Below, one piece after another: positions 23,646 to 37,830 of a DNA stretch of 64,000 nt (position 1 is the first letter of the stretch; each line of letters begins with the position of its first letter). Source of the stretch: Balamuthia mandrillaris (taxonomy: Eukaryota). A program made the position numbers and the translations under genes. Location of the stretch: assembly GCA_031835245.2 (NCBI GenBank), contig JAVKOQ020000037.1:186001-250000 (forward strand), given 5' to 3'. The notes below the pieces were generated by a model. That model did not search any database, had not been told where the DNA came from, and saw nothing but the letters and a program-made list of their open reading frames with translations.

Positions 23646-26600
23646 TTACTCTTCTTCCTCCTCCTCCTCCTCTTCTTCTGCTTTTACCCTCTTCGTTTTG
23701 CTCGTGCCTCCCTTCTTCTTTTTCTTCAGTTTGCCGTTTGCTTCGTCCTCTTCTTCCATGACCATCTCGTGTATGCGGTTGTTGAGCACTTCGGCCTTGA
23801 TCCTAAAGTCTCTGGCTGTGCTTCTCTTGAAGTTCTTCGTCAAGTTCACTTTGCTTTGCTTGCTCAACCTTTGTTTTTGTGTTGTTGTTGGCAACAAAAA
23901 AGAAAGAGCAGAGAAAGAAAAAAGAAGGAAGAAAGTACCGAATGAGAAGACCTTCGTACTTCTCAATGGTGAACACGAGATTGGGGAACAAGTTTGCCTC
24001 TCTCCTCACTTTGGCCTTGTCCCTCAAGCAATTCGTCTCGCTCTGCAAATGGTTCATCAGGTCATAAACGGACGGGGACAACTTCACTCCCGAGCTCTTC
24101 ACCAACGATTCGTAATCCGAGCTCGGCACTTTCCTCCAGGATACGAGTTGGGCGGTGCACTCGGTCAACACTTTGTAAAAGTGGGTGGTGGTCTTGATGA
24201 GAGAGGCGGCGGAGGCAGCAGGAAGGCTGCTTTGGACGAGGTGGTGCAGGATGGAGAGGATGGCGTGGAGGCGGATGTATGAGGCGTTCATGAGCTCGTG
24301 GGCGCGAGAGGTTAGTGCCGAGGTCTCATCCTCTTCTTCTGCTTTGGTGGATGGCGTTGAATCATCTGTTTAAAATAAATGAAAGGGAGTCAAGACGAAG
24401 TAAAAGCAATGGAGAGAGGAAGAGAGAAGAGAGAAGAAAAGATGAGGTACCAATTTGATCCCAAAGGGAATGGATGGTGGTGAGAACGTATTCTACTTCA
24501 GAGATGGCAGAGTCCATGCTGCCTACAAGAACAGGCACCACATGAGAGGCAGTTTTGTCGTTGATGATCGGGTACTGCTTTTCACCAGTGACAGGTGGTG
24601 TTTCTCTTCCTTCATCCCCAAAGAACAAATGTAACTCTTTTGCAAACGCCAGAGGCTATTTTGTTTTATAAGGTGAGAATGAGGAGCAGAGAGAGAGAAA
24701 GAGAGAGATAGAGGGAAAAAAAACGCACTATTTTTAACAAGCAGTTTGGTAGCCAACTGGAAAGCTTGAAGTAAAGACCAACGAGGGACTTAACCAACGA
24801 CACATTGTCAGACATGTTCTTCTCGCACACTCGCCCCAACCACTTGATGTGCACCGGAAGCAGGACAGCTCTCGCCGCTGCAGAGGAAGCCAACAGTCCA
24901 ACGAGAGTCTCCACCGAAGAACATAAGAGGTCGGCTTCGCGTGGTCTTGCCGGGTCTTCTAAGATTTGCTGCTCCAATAAGTGCTATTATATTTGCAGAG
25001 AGAATGAATAAAAGGCAATAAGCAACAGAAGAAATTCATGAGGGACATCAAAAGAAAGAGGAAGCAGAGGGAAGGAGAAGAAGAATCAAACCTCCAATCG
25101 AAGAGTGTTGCGATGGATAGCCAGTTCAGCGGCAGAAACTTTACCAAGTTTGGAAGAAGAAGTTACATCTCCCAAGTCATCTTTCTCATCGACAGTCTCG
25201 CCAATGAGAACTTCGGAGACAGATTCGTTCAAGAACTTGACAACGTGATTCAAGTCAACACTGTGCTTCACTGTAAACTGTAAACAAAGGCCAAAACATT
25301 CTAACATTGAAGTTACAAGTTTCTTGTTCTATAAAACAAAACGTTAATAAAACCAAAAAATAAAATAAAATAAAATAAAACAAAAACAAATAAAGAAAGA
25401 AGAATATTACTTCAACTTTGAGGCCCTGAGAGAAATCTGTGGAGACAAATTCCAGAAGCACAAGAGGAGCCAAGGTCTTGCAGAACCGAAGCCGCAGTTT
25501 GATCATTTCTTCGTGTGAGCCTAATATCGCTCCCTCCAAAGTGCGCTGTACATTGCAAATAGGTTAGAAAAAAAAAGGCAAAAAGAATAAGTAAGCAGAA
25601 GTCACCTCTGACAAAAGTGAGATGCATTTGTCGAGAACAAAGCGTTGAAAAGCGGTGTTCTCTCTCAACATGTTTCGCAACTGCAGCTCTTCCTGTTGGC
25701 TTCCGCCTATAACATCCTGGGATGCAACATTCGGCACATCAGCACACATGAGCTCGACCAAGCCCACTATACAATTCATGCTCATGAATGACTTCAACGC
25801 TTTGTTGCTGGAAGAAGTTGTTGCAGTCGAAGCTGTTCTTCCTCTTTTCTTTGTTGTGGATGAAGAGCCTTTCTTCTTTTCTGCGTTGGTATTCTTTGTC
25901 TTGCTTCCTTTTCTCTCTTTCTTTAAGGAGGCACCATTTGAAGTCGTTGGTGATGCTGAAGGTCCTTTTTCTTTGTCTTTCTTTGGTTGCGTTTTCTCTT
26001 TGAGGATTGTGCCCAGCTCGGTGTACAGAGAAAATAGCTTCAATATCTTCTGCATGGAATGCGGCGTTGGTCTGGACAAACTTCCTATCACTGAATAGTC
26101 CATCAGCGTCTTTGTGACAGAAAGTTAGTCATAAGCAGGAGAAAGGACAGAAGAACAATAGCAAGCGGTACCTCATAAACACCCAATAACAGTTTTGCGG
26201 CCTCCTGATTATATTTGCCTTGACAGGAGGTGTTTGCAAAGTCGCTGGTGCGATCCAACTCAAAGTCTTCCAGGTCAAGCACGAGCAATTGCTCCACCAA
26301 CTTGTTCATGTATTGCTGCAAAAGTTTGGCCGGAGAATTGATGCCACCAGCATTCGCGTGTACATCTTTTTCTTTTCCAGTGGAGGAACCTGCTTCTTGC
26401 TCCTCTTCTAGGTCCATATCAGTTGTTTTTTCTGTCTTTAGCCATAGGCGAAGACATCCTTGAACACAATTAAGAAGACAAGGAAGAGGTTCCAACTTTG
26501 TAACATGGGCTAACGATTAAAAAAAAAGTGAGAACAATAAGACAAAGAAATAACGGAAGAAGAAGAGTAATGAAGTAACCTGCAATAGTATTTGAACGCT

Positions 26601-29600
26601 CGATACACTTTTCAAAGCGCAGAGGAGGGGTTCCAGTGGTGGCCTCAGGGTTATAATATCGAAGGAAGTGGTTGAGCAGCAATTCCAAAATGCTTTCCTT
26701 CAAGGAGCGTTGTTTGATGTGCTTGAAAACCTCCACCATGCCTTCATAGAGCCGTTGGCGTACTTCCCACTGCTGCGTAATGCAGCGACGCAGCGTCAGA
26801 ATGATTTCATGGCCTAAACTTGCGCCGTGAATGGGCATTGCTGGTGCAGAAGCAGAAGCTGAAGAGGAGCCTCCAGCATCACTTCCTCGCGTTAACCGTC
26901 CTTGTTATGAGAAAGAGAGAGAAGAGTAAGTTGGAAGGACAAGACAAAAAGCAGAGAGCAGAGAGCAGAGCAAAAAGGAGAAGCACAAAGAAGAAGAACA
27001 AGAATAAGAAGGAAAAGCACCATCAGAAGAAGCGTTCTTGAGGAGGCACAAGTAACCAGAAACGGCAGTAAGGCGAGACTCCAATTCTCTGCTGAAAAGA
27101 GCCTTCTTGAGGACCAACATAACGTGATCTTGGAACGAAAACCGTGAGCCTGCCGCCAATAACGGCTGCACCGCTTCCAACAAACACTTAAATGAAAGAA
27201 GAAGAAAAAGAAAAAAAGAGTTATAACAAAAAGAAGGAAAGGAGAAGAAGGCAGCAGAAAAACCTGTGCAATGATTGGTTGCAATGAAGCTAAATAGTCA
27301 AACATCTCTTTGATACCTTTGAGATGATCAGGGTCAATCACAGTTGGAGCGATGGAAGGAGTTCTCATGTTGGCCGGCGTTCCACCAACAGCAGAAGAAG
27401 AGGAGTATCCTTCTTGCAATATTCGTGACAACAGATGGACGTAATGCAGCACTTGATCGGACTGTGTCATCACTCGTGTGAATATTTGTTCAAAGATATC
27501 TCCTCTCGCTATTTTATGTAAACGAAATGTTTCCTAACATAACAAAAAGGAAAGATGACAAAGCCAGTTTATTAGCAAGTTGTTAAAAAGGACGGTAGAA
27601 AAAAGAAAAAGGAAACATACCAAAAGAACATCGATGCCAAGCTGAACAACATGAAGTTGTGGTGTCATGTGCATCGCTTCAGCAGCGGTGTGGGTATGAT
27701 GTTGATATATCAATCCAACAACGGAGGAGGAAGCAGAAGACGGTGCGGTAGAAGCACCTCCTCCAATCGCGGTGGTAGTTGCACAATCCATCAAACAAAC
27801 TCCCAATTGAACTAAACTAGCCACAATGTGGTCCCACCCAAACGCACTGCGACGAATGGTCTCTCTTACAGCCTCATCCAGAGGGGTGCTTCGAGGTATT
27901 TGATGTTGCATCTCCACAAACCATTGAGAAGCAGTTGTGTCGCTCTTTCGGTGGTCACGGAAGAAAGAGAGGACAGCGGATTTCATGGTTTCCATTGCCG
28001 CATCGGAGAAGCGTTGGATGCGAGCAGTGGAAAGGAGAAGAGCGATGGTGAATGGGGTGAAGTGGAAGCTGTCGCGTTTGAAAAGTTGCAAGAAAGCTTT
28101 TCCTAATTCCTATTTTAAAAAGGTTATTGATATTGAATCTGATCAGGAAGAAAGAAGAGGAAGAGCGCGCACTTGATCTTGTTTAATTGCAAAGTTGAGA
28201 TGCAAGAGAATAGTTCCTTCTATTTGTCGCTGTTCTATTGCTTCACTGTAGGAGAGCGTCAGTAACAATTGTGGAAGTTTATTTTAAATGGGGTACCTTT
28301 CAAGAGAATTCTGCTGGTGAATCTTGTCCAAAGCTTGCAAATGATTTGCAGTGCCTCGTAACAATTGAGCTTTGTGCTCTTTCTTGCCTTTCGTTGAGAG
28401 AAGAAGCAGTTGGTAGAGCAGCGAAGGTAACACTTGAATGCCCATATTTGGAAATTGGCTGTTTAAAAACATGGTGAGAAAGGAACGGGTGCAGACGGGG
28501 AGAGAATGTACCAACTTGATAGTGCTCTGAATAACAAGTTTTAACTCTGCATCGGTCAATGAGGGCGTCTCACGAAGAGCGCTGATGAGAGGAACCACGA
28601 TGCTCTCCGACCAATCAGCCTCGCAGATTCTTCGGATGCAGTTGCCTTTGTACTCAACACCCTTTACGGCAGGACGGTTAAGGTCGATGCTGACCTCTCC
28701 CATGCGGCCGACGGCTGTTAGTAGCTTTGGAATAAAGGCAAGAAACTTGCCGTCGTTTCTGCTCATTCCAACTGCATCACCGAGAAGCGATGAGAAGGCG
28801 GTTGAAAAAGAGGAAGAAGGAAGCAGATACCCTTTTCAACACCTGCAACGACCAAGTCCAACAAATCAAGAATGTGTTCATCACTCAAGGCATCTATCTG
28901 TAAACAATACAACAGTTAGGAACAGCTTAGCACATGTAAGAACAAGAGAGAAACGCACTTCATTGAGCAAATAATCCACACATTCGTCTGCCCTTTTGCC
29001 AGCAAACCTAAAGGTTAACAGCAGGCGAATAACTCGATCCAGTATCTCATAACGAAGTTGCTTTCCTTCCGCTTGAAATCCTGGAATACCTGTTGGATCG
29101 GTCAATATCTTTCTGTTTTTTTTTTCTCCGCTTTTTCTCGGTTCTTCCTAGTGAGAGGTAAAACACAAACCTGTTAAGATAGCTTTGATGAACTCCAGGA
29201 CGTCTCTATCTTCCACCGCTCTCCGGTTGAGATACGCCATGAGCTCGTTGTGAGAAGCGGACAGGATCAACCTCTTCAACACCCGCACAGCTATCTCTTG
29301 CTGCGAGAGCCCTTCGTCCGAGGAATCGTCCTTGTTGGCTGCCATGGCGGCAACGAGAGCGGGATGTTGAGAGAGCCGCGTGTCGCCTATCTTCAGGTGC
29401 CAATGTTGGATGATGTCGTCGTCCAAATGGCCTTGAGCCAATGCTGCCAAGCTTTCCTGATCGACTGAGAAAGAGAGAGAATTGAAGAGGAAAGCGAAGC
29501 AGGAGAGAAGAGAACAGAAATGAGACAGCAAAGCATAGAGGTAAGAGAAAGGAAAAGAAGCACTTGGGAGTGGACGCAGAGCCAAGACACAGGAGAGGCG

Positions 29601-30221
29601 AGAGAGGAACTGAGAAGAGAGAGAACTATAGAAATAAGGAAGAAGCGAACCTTCCACATGTTTACGCTTCAGTGGAGCAGCAGCACCCTTATTGTTAGCG
29701 TCACCTCCCTCTTCTCTTTCCTCCACTTCCGATCCTTCCTTCTCTTCCTCCGAGCTCTTCTTTTGTTTTTTCTTCTTGGTCGTTTTTTTCTTTTTCGTCG
29801 TTACCTTCTTCTTTTTTGCTTCTTCCTCTTCCTCTTCCTCTTCCTCTTCCTCTTCTTCCACTGCGCTGCTCAAAACTTCTTCTTCATCTTCTCCCTCCTC
29901 TTCCTCTTCTTCATCTCGTTTTCTTTTGTTCTGCTTGTTTTTGTCGACAGCAGCGACCTCCTTCTTCCGTCGTCGCTGCAACCCCACGCCGAGTCGCTTG
30001 CGAGGAGGGGCAGGGCCTCCACCACCCCCGTTGCCGTCCCCTTGCTTCGCTTTGCCCTTCGCGACCTTGCCTCCTCCCACCACGCCCACTTTCCTGAATG
30101 AATGATTTTCGATCGGATGGATATAAAATATGTGGTTTTTTTTTAAAAATTTGCTCAAAGCGAAGAGAGCAAGTTTGGGCAGAAGAAAAACAAACCTTGC
30201 GGTCGCCACGGTTCTAGGCAT
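23646..30221 (-). CDS. FANCI: Fanconi anemia group I protein homolog (many exons)
   Basis: LRRCITQQWEVRQRLYEG, LKKALFSRELESRLTAVSG, DFELDRTSDF, KVRREANLFPNLVFTIEKYE and C-terminal FKRSTARDFRIK resemble conserved FANCI blocks. First exon MPRTVATAR splices in frame. Confidence 0.9.
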
Positions 30222-31298
30222 CCTCCTCCGCTATGAAACAGGTCCTTCTTTCTTGGTTGCGGCCAGCCTCTTATTAGTTTGTTTTGGATTCTTTTTTTTT
30301 CCGTAGTTCCTGGAAAAATTTCAGGAAAAAAGGTGAATTATTTGAGCACAACATCAACACAACAAGTGCTGAACATCAAAATTTTTCTAAGAAATAAACA
30401 TTTTGAAAAGATATCGACATTAATTAGCTCGCGTCGTCATGGAATATTAACTGTTAAGTTGTCTTGTGGCGAGATGAGCGCAATCGCTTCGCCAGTACAG
30501 CGTTCTGGCGTGGGGAATGCTGCCACAAGACCTACTCTCGTTGGGAGGAGTGGTTCACCCTCTGACGCACAGCATTGTGGGAGGATCTCTCCAGCTCCCA
30601 ATTGCACTGCAAGTAAAAGCAAAAAAAAAACTTTACTTACCATTATCATCCAGCCACACGCAAAGCCCTCCGCCAGCAAGGAAGCATTGATGAAGACACA
30701 AGGAGACGAACAAAAAAAAAAAAAAACAAAAGTGGAAGAAACGGACCACGGCGGGTGTCGAACCAGGGGACTCAAGGCATAACCATAAAAGGAGCAAACG
30801 TGCCCTTCCGGAGAGATGCAATCAAATTTGGGAAAAGTTTCCTTAAAAACTATATAGGGCTTGCCGAAGGGTATAGCAAACCACCCCTTGTTCCCCCCTT
30901 TTCGTATCGTTATTTTTTTTTCTTTTATTCGGTTTGGTTTGGCAAAGCTCCCCAACGCCAAGACTCCAGCAGAGGGGGAAGCGTCCTCAAAGGGGATAAA
31001 AAGAGGGGGGACAAAAAAAGAAAAAAAAAACGAAAACAACAACATACTACTACTTGCAAAGAGAAGAGACCGAAGCATTAAAAAGGAGTGCATTAAGGAG
31101 TTCTCTTGCTTATGTTTTTTTTTTTTGGGGGGTTGCATCTTTTCTTTGTCTCAAACTCCTCAAGAGAAGCTGAAGCAGAGAGTTAGGGAAGAAAGAGGTA
31201 GGTCGAGAAGACTAAAACTCCGTCTCCTTGACCGTGCACGCTTTGCATCTACTTGCTTTTAAACACAACTTCGATTGCAGGAAAAAAGGCTTTTAGCG

Positions 31299-34200
31299 AT
31301 GGCCGACGCTCCCCCTAAAAACAAGTCCTCTGGAGGAACGGAGACCGTTCCAAAACGAAGAAGAGATCCTGACGGAAGACGAAAACATACGACGCACACC
31401 AACAGCAATAAAGAAAGTGAAGGAAGAAGAAGAAAAGGGGAAAGAAAAGAGCACCAAAAACCTGCCTCCTCCGACAAAGATCGGAAAACGGCTGCGTCTT
31501 CTGCTTCGGCTTTTACTCCTACTTCTTCCTCAAATTCTGTCGTTGCAACATTAAAACGAAATGCAAGGAAGGAAGGAGGTGGCAGGCACTCGCTCTCTTC
31601 CATCGACGGTGTTTCATCCGCAGCTCGGAGCAAGACGATGGCAACGAACATCAACAACAAAACACCAGAGGAAGAAACAGAAGAGATAGATTCTGCGGCT
31701 AAGCGAGCGAGGACATTTGGCGAACGTAAAGAGCGAAGAAGAAGCTGGAACCCCCATTCTTTTGCCTCAGACTCACGTATCAACACTTCCAAAAGAGAGG
31801 AGGCACACATCATCATCGGTGTTGAGAGAACGAGCCCTAGAGCGACGGAGAATGCGGACCCTTTACCTCGCCCCAACGACTCCCCTTCTTCCAGGTCTCC
31901 TGCGTCTGCTTCTCCTTCTGTTGCTTCATCAACCTCCACTTTCAAAGAAAGGCGAATATCGGTTGGAAGAAGAGAGAAGCGAAAGTCTCTGCCGGCGGCT
32001 TTGGGCATCGGCGTCTACAAAGATATGTCAAGAGAACACAACAACGTCCACAGTGTCAACGGGAACAACAGTCCAACTCTGTCCCATAACAGCAGAAGAC
32101 CGTCTTCTTCACGCCAGAACCGTTCTCCCAGTGCTCTGGACGTCCCTGCTGCTGACGATAAACTTCACCAGGAAGAGCACGAACAAAGCACAAGACGAAG
32201 AACATCGTCAGTATCTGTACCCCCTCCTTCTCATCAAGAACAAGAGAGAAACGTCATCAGCAGAACCGGTCCGGAAGAAGAGAAAGAGCCAGGAAAGAGG
32301 GAAGAACGCTCTTCCTCTCTGGCTTCTTCTGGTAGTCTCCCAACCAAGAAATCCAAAGGGGAAAGGAAAGAAGAAGATCCCAAGAAAGAAGAGAAGAAGG
32401 AGCCAAGCACTTCTTCAGCTCCACAATCAGTTGTTCCTTCTCTTGGAGCCATCCCATCCTCAGAAGGAATAGGAGGAACAACCAGCAGAAGAGGGAGCAG
32501 TCCTTTGACTTCGCCCACTTCCTCTCCTCTGAACTCTCCCAGTTGTCGGCGTCGTCTGTTGGTACAGGCGGAGAGTCCCATGCAACAAAGGATCCTGCAA
32601 GCTCATCGAGCCTTACAAGAGCGAACTCGTTCTTCTCCGTCCACGTTTGCATCCTCGTCTTTAGCTCCACTTCAAGCTGGCAACCATACCGACACCAACG
32701 GTACATTTCGAGAAGAGATGCCACCCGATAGGAGACATTCAATGTTTGAACAAGATGGAGAGGACGAAGGAGGAGAAGAAGACATTCGTCAACGGGCTTC
32801 CACAAGTCCACGAGCCCTTCTACGTGAACAAGAAGACTATCACTCGTCATCAAAGTCCGAAACATCAGCCACCGCTGTTTTGCTCTCCTCCTCCACCTCC
32901 TCCTTCCTCTCCGCTCATCGAGGGTCTTCCTCTCCGGCCACCCCTACACTTCAACGTCGAAGCCATGTCCCCCCTCTGGCCACCTCTGTCTCCGCCAAGA
33001 CGAGGGCAGGCCTTCATACGCATCAACAGCATGCCCGCGGCCAAAGGAAAGCGGAGAGCATGAGAGAGGCCAAGATCAAGAGGCGTCGCTCCGCCAACGA
33101 ACTGCTTTCCAAATACTTTCCGATGCGTTTGGGAGAGCTTAAGAAGGCATCCGCCTCTCCATCTTCTCCCACAGGAGGAGATTCTTCAGAGGACAGCGAT
33201 AAGGACGGTACGGAGGATGAACAAGGAGGGGTTGCGAAGGAGAATGCATCCGCCACCATGAGGTTAAGAAGGAAGAAGCATCGTTTGAGCGGCTTTGGAA
33301 GAAAGTCCTCACAACAAGATGCAAGCTCTTCCGGATCCTCCATTCCAACAACGAATGGATACAGCAGCAGCGGAGGTTGGCAACGGGCGAGTCTAGGTTT
33401 AGCGAGCGGTGGATCCACCGGGTTGACAGACACAGATGAGAGCGAGAAAGAACAGGAAGGCTCATTCTTCCGAAAGAGAGAAGGCGGTGGCAAAGAGAGT
33501 GCCGCTGAGGGAGAAGACCGAGGAGAAGGGAACATTGCTGGCGAGGAAGACCGGGCGGTCGTAGACGAGACAGAGGAGGAAGCCGAAGATAGAGCCAAAA
33601 ACGAAAAGGCTGCTCTCAGCGAGAAGGACAGGCACTACATGCTCAAGATGCATGCCTACCTCGAGGAAGGCATTCAGTACATCATGAACACGATGACGAG
33701 ATGGGCGGTAGTTGCTTCGGTTGCTGCCAGCGACTCTTCATATTCAACCTCTTCTTCCTCCTCTGCCTCTCAACGTCATGGTTTCTCCTCTTCGTCATCC
33801 TCGAGCAAAGGTGAGAGGGTGAAAGCTTCCAGCATTCTTCGCTACGTTGATGGCACCATCGACATCCTAAACTGTTTTAAAGAGACCCAACTACGAGCCA
33901 CCAACAGCGCTCGTTTTACTCCATCCTCGACCATCCGAACCTCCGTTCGTGGTTCCTCCATCTCTTCCTCTTCCTCTTCTTCGTGCTCTTCTTCTTCCTC
34001 TTCCAACACACAAGCGGCGCTTCACGAGGCGGTCAACCGACTGTTAGAGCACCTGATCCATGTGAAGAAGAAGGCGCAGCACGTGTGGACGCCTCAACGC
34101 ATCACCCACTACTATCGTGTCATCTACTCCATTCGAGAGTTTCTTGAAACAGGAGAGATGCCAAAGGACGTTCGTGCGGTGAGGATGCCGGTGTTGGCTC

Positions 34201-35959
34201 CGCTACCAACAGCTCGCCTTGAGAAGCGTCTGCTGGAGAATCGTCTGTCTCTTCCGTCTTCTTCTTCATCGTCTCCATCTTCTTCTTCTTCTTCAAGCTT
34301 ATCGATGCAGCTGTTATCGCCGCGAGCTATAGAGAACAGGCACGTTCCAGAAGAGCGGCCGTACATGAAGGCCACGTTTCACAAAGTCAAAGTGTCCAAA
34401 GCACATCATCATTCATCTTCCTCCTACCCTTCCCCGTATTCTTCGTCCTCCTCTTCCTCCTCGTCTTCCTCCTCGTCGTGGAAGAAGAGGTGCTTGGTTT
34501 TGTTGAAGACCCGGTTAGAGGTCGGCAAACACCAGGATGACTGGGACAGCCACACTGGAGCCTTCAAGAAGGGAAGCGGTCAGTGGAGCCTCGACCTCCG
34601 TAATATCAAAATGGTGACCGCTCTCTCCTATTCCTCCTCCACTTCTTTTCCCTCTTCGTTGAGGGAAGTGGCCGCCGGCGGAGGGAACGGAGGCGGCGAA
34701 TGGATGGGAGAGGAAGGCGGACAAAACTGTGGGTTCCGCGTGGCCTCGGTCGATGGGCATGAGCTTCAGGTGCGGTGTAACCAGCGGGCGGAAATGGCGG
34801 AGTGGATGTTGGCCATCGATGGTATGGTCATGCGCAACTTTGCCAGCAGAATGGAACCTCCGGAACTTAAGGTTTGTTGTGTCTTTTTCTCTTGCTTCTT
34901 TCTTGTAATGGTCTCCTGTCCTTGCTCCTGTCCTCTCTCAAGTCTGTTCTATAGTGCTAATGCAATCCTTTTAACACACAGTCGCAGCTGTTGCGGTATC
35001 TGTACAAAGAAGGAGTCAAAGGAGGGTCCGTCAAGTCATCCTATCCCGAGGAGGCCGAGGAGGAATGGCTCTATAAACCCAACTCTGGCGAGTTGGTCAG
35101 GCTGGAACATATCAACGGGCAAAGCGTCATCTTCTCCTGGAATGGGGAGATGTTAATCCCCAAGAAGCAGACACAGAGAAGAAAGGGAGGGATTGCCGCC
35201 AACGGGAGAAGCGTCTCTGGCCAGTTGGGAACCGGAAAGACGTACACCATCAAAACCTCGCGAAAGAGAGCCCAGACCCCGCCTCAGAGTGGAGTGGCTA
35301 CTCCCCCCTCGGCTTCAGCAGTTAGCTCCAAAGGGAACGAGGATGAGAAAAAAGAGCACGACAAACAAAGGATGAAAGAAGAAGCGGAGGCAGCAACGGA
35401 AGAAACGAGAGAAGGACCAACGAGGACCCCAGAAGAGGAACCCATGGATAGAGCAGAGCCAGTAGAGGAAGAGGTGGAAGGCGAAGATCATCGAAGAAAG
35501 AGCATCACCAAACGAAGAACAAGCAGCGGCGACGGCAGCTCCAAGTCCTCATCGCTTCCTTCTACTTCGTTTGAAAGAAGTGAAGAGGGGTCAAAACCAC
35601 ACGACTCCTCCACTTCGCTAGTGCCAACAGGAATGGGACGCTGGAATGGCGTGTGGTTGGAATGGTATCGTTCGGTTCCGCCCTCCTTGGTGGAAGGCTC
35701 CGTAAACAACAGCCTCAGCTCCCCTCCCGCAACTCCTCTCTTCCAAGAAGAGCCGCTCTTCCGATACTTTTGGGTTCCAGGAGATAAGGAGTTTCAGACC
35801 TCCAACGAGCAGTTGACTTGGAAATGGAGTCGTCATTTCCTGACGAGCAAGCATGGAACGGGGAGTTGGATCATGGAAGGGGAGGTGCCCAATCCGGTCG
35901 TCATGTGTCTGCAGCTCATACGCTATGCGAGGCTTGTTCAACAAGTTGGAGGCGCGTGA
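31299..35959 (+). CDS. Large low-complexity protein with a PH domain and an unrecognised Trp-rich C-terminal domain (2 exons)
   Basis: PH motifs SWKKRCLVL...LDLRNI...FRVASVDGHELQVRCNQRAEMAEWMLAI. Intron at about 34872-34981 joins to ORF 34991-35959. Confidence 0.8.
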
Positions 35960-36088
35960 GAGAAAGAAGCGGGAAGAGAGAATGGTTATATGTTTTTTTT
36001 TCATATGAAAAAAATGTTTTTATATTAATAAACTACTATAAATAATAAAACAGGTTGAGCAGAGAGAGAGAGAGAGAGAGGTGCCGTT

Positions 36089-37830
36089 TCAGGTTGTTAG
36101 AGGAAGAGAAGGATTTGTGACGTTGGGGAGAGGATTGCAGGAGACAGTAACTGTTCCGTGCTCTGGTTCATACTGAGGTTCATGCTCCGTTTTTATGTGT
36201 TGTTGTTCCGAAGTGTGTGCTTGTTGTGCCTATTAACTTATTGATGAGCATGAGAGAGAGAGAGAGAGAGAGAGAAGGAGAGCAGAGAGAAAACTACCAT
36301 CAGTAACTGATGCTGCCTCGCCTCTCGAAGCTTCTTTCTTCTCTTCTTATACATCTTCGTCTTCGAGCACACCGTCAAAGGAACAGAGACCAACGGCGAA
36401 GCCTCGCCCATCATCGGACCATCGCCCAGCACACGAAGGATGTATCGACGACGACCATAGTAAGAGTTAACGCGTAGTCGAAGGAAGAAGACCACAAGCC
36501 TTTTCTGGGGGTCCACGACGAGGCTGCGGTGGCTAAAGCTCTGCTTGGTGAGAGGTGTGCCGTCCTCCTCGAAGGCGTTCAGCATGAGAGGCACCGTCAA
36601 GCCGGTGCGAATAGCGGATTCGATGGCTGCGTTGCCTTCTTCATCTTCCACCTCCTCTACTTTCTGTTCTTCTTCGTTCTCGGGCGGTTCTGCATCTTCT
36701 TTCTTGAAGTGGTCTCGTTTTCTTTCTCTTCTTCTTCTCCGTTTGTCTCTGTCTTCTTCCGAAGGATGGGAGCTATGTTGTTGGTTGGAAATGGCGGAAA
36801 GAGTGACGCTGAAGCAAAAGTCTTTGTTTTGAACGACTTTCCTCGGAGGTGCATCGTGGAAGCTGAGTTTCGGCCTCCAACAACGACAAGGGGATGGCGA
36901 TGAAGAGGAAGAGAACAAGGCAGGAGTTGCTCTTTGACTGTCATCAGAAGGGGATGAAGAGGGAGAAGTTGAAGAGAGGACATTTGGAAGGGATGGTTGC
37001 ACGATATCAGGGGATGTTCTATGTGGATAATGAAATGAATACGAAGAAGCAAAAGAAAATGCAGAGGCAGAAGATGAAGAAGAAGGTGAAATGTAATAGT
37101 AAGAGGGGGAGGAAGGGGCCGAAGGGGATGAGGAAGCGAGAGCAAAGACCGGAGAGGAAGGCGGTGTTGCTCCGTTGGACTCAGAAGCTGCCACTTGAGT
37201 TTGCCTCTTGGTTAATAACTCCTTACTCCTTCTCTTCTCTTCCTTTCTCTTTCTCTTCTTCATTTGTCCTTCATCAGAAGAACCAGAGAGAGCAGAAGGA
37301 GGGCAAGCGGACAAGGCAGAACTGCTGGAGCTAAAGGAAGAGAACTGATAAATAGCTTGAACTGCGTCTTGGTCTCGAAGCATCACTCTAGCTTGATAGG
37401 ATGGGGGTAGGTCCACGCCATGTGCGTCTCTGAGCTTGAGCACTTTGACGTCTCTTCGATAGAGCTCCCAAGCCTTGCTCTCCACTAGAGAATAGAGGCC
37501 TGCGATGGTCCTTTCCGGGTCATTCAGGAGGAGATAGAACATCCCCAACCCAGCTAACGAGATACTCACTCGAATGGAAGCTGATAGAGAAGGGGCAGGA
37601 GAAGAAAGCTCAGAAGAAGCAGAAGAAAAGTTGAGGCCGGAGGCTTGAAGGATGAACATGGCTTCTGCAGCAGAACGTTCTTCCGTTGGGACACTGTCCA
37701 ACGAAGAAGAAGAAGAAGAGGAAGAAGTGTCGTCTCGTGGAGGAGAGAATGGGAACAAGAGCGACCCCTCCACTTGGAGAGCACGAGAAAGAGAAGAAGG
37801 CGTTTGGTGAGAGGATATATCACGCAACAT
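36089..37830 (-). CDS. Hypothetical protein with a ubiquitin-like N-terminal segment and a beta-sandwich (CudA/STAT-DBD-like) segment (2 exons)
   Basis: ATG at 37830 (MLRDISSH). A GT-AG intron at about 36297-36230 leads to a last exon AQQAHT...PLTT* ending at 36089. Domain calls are by-eye resemblance only. Confidence 0.65.
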
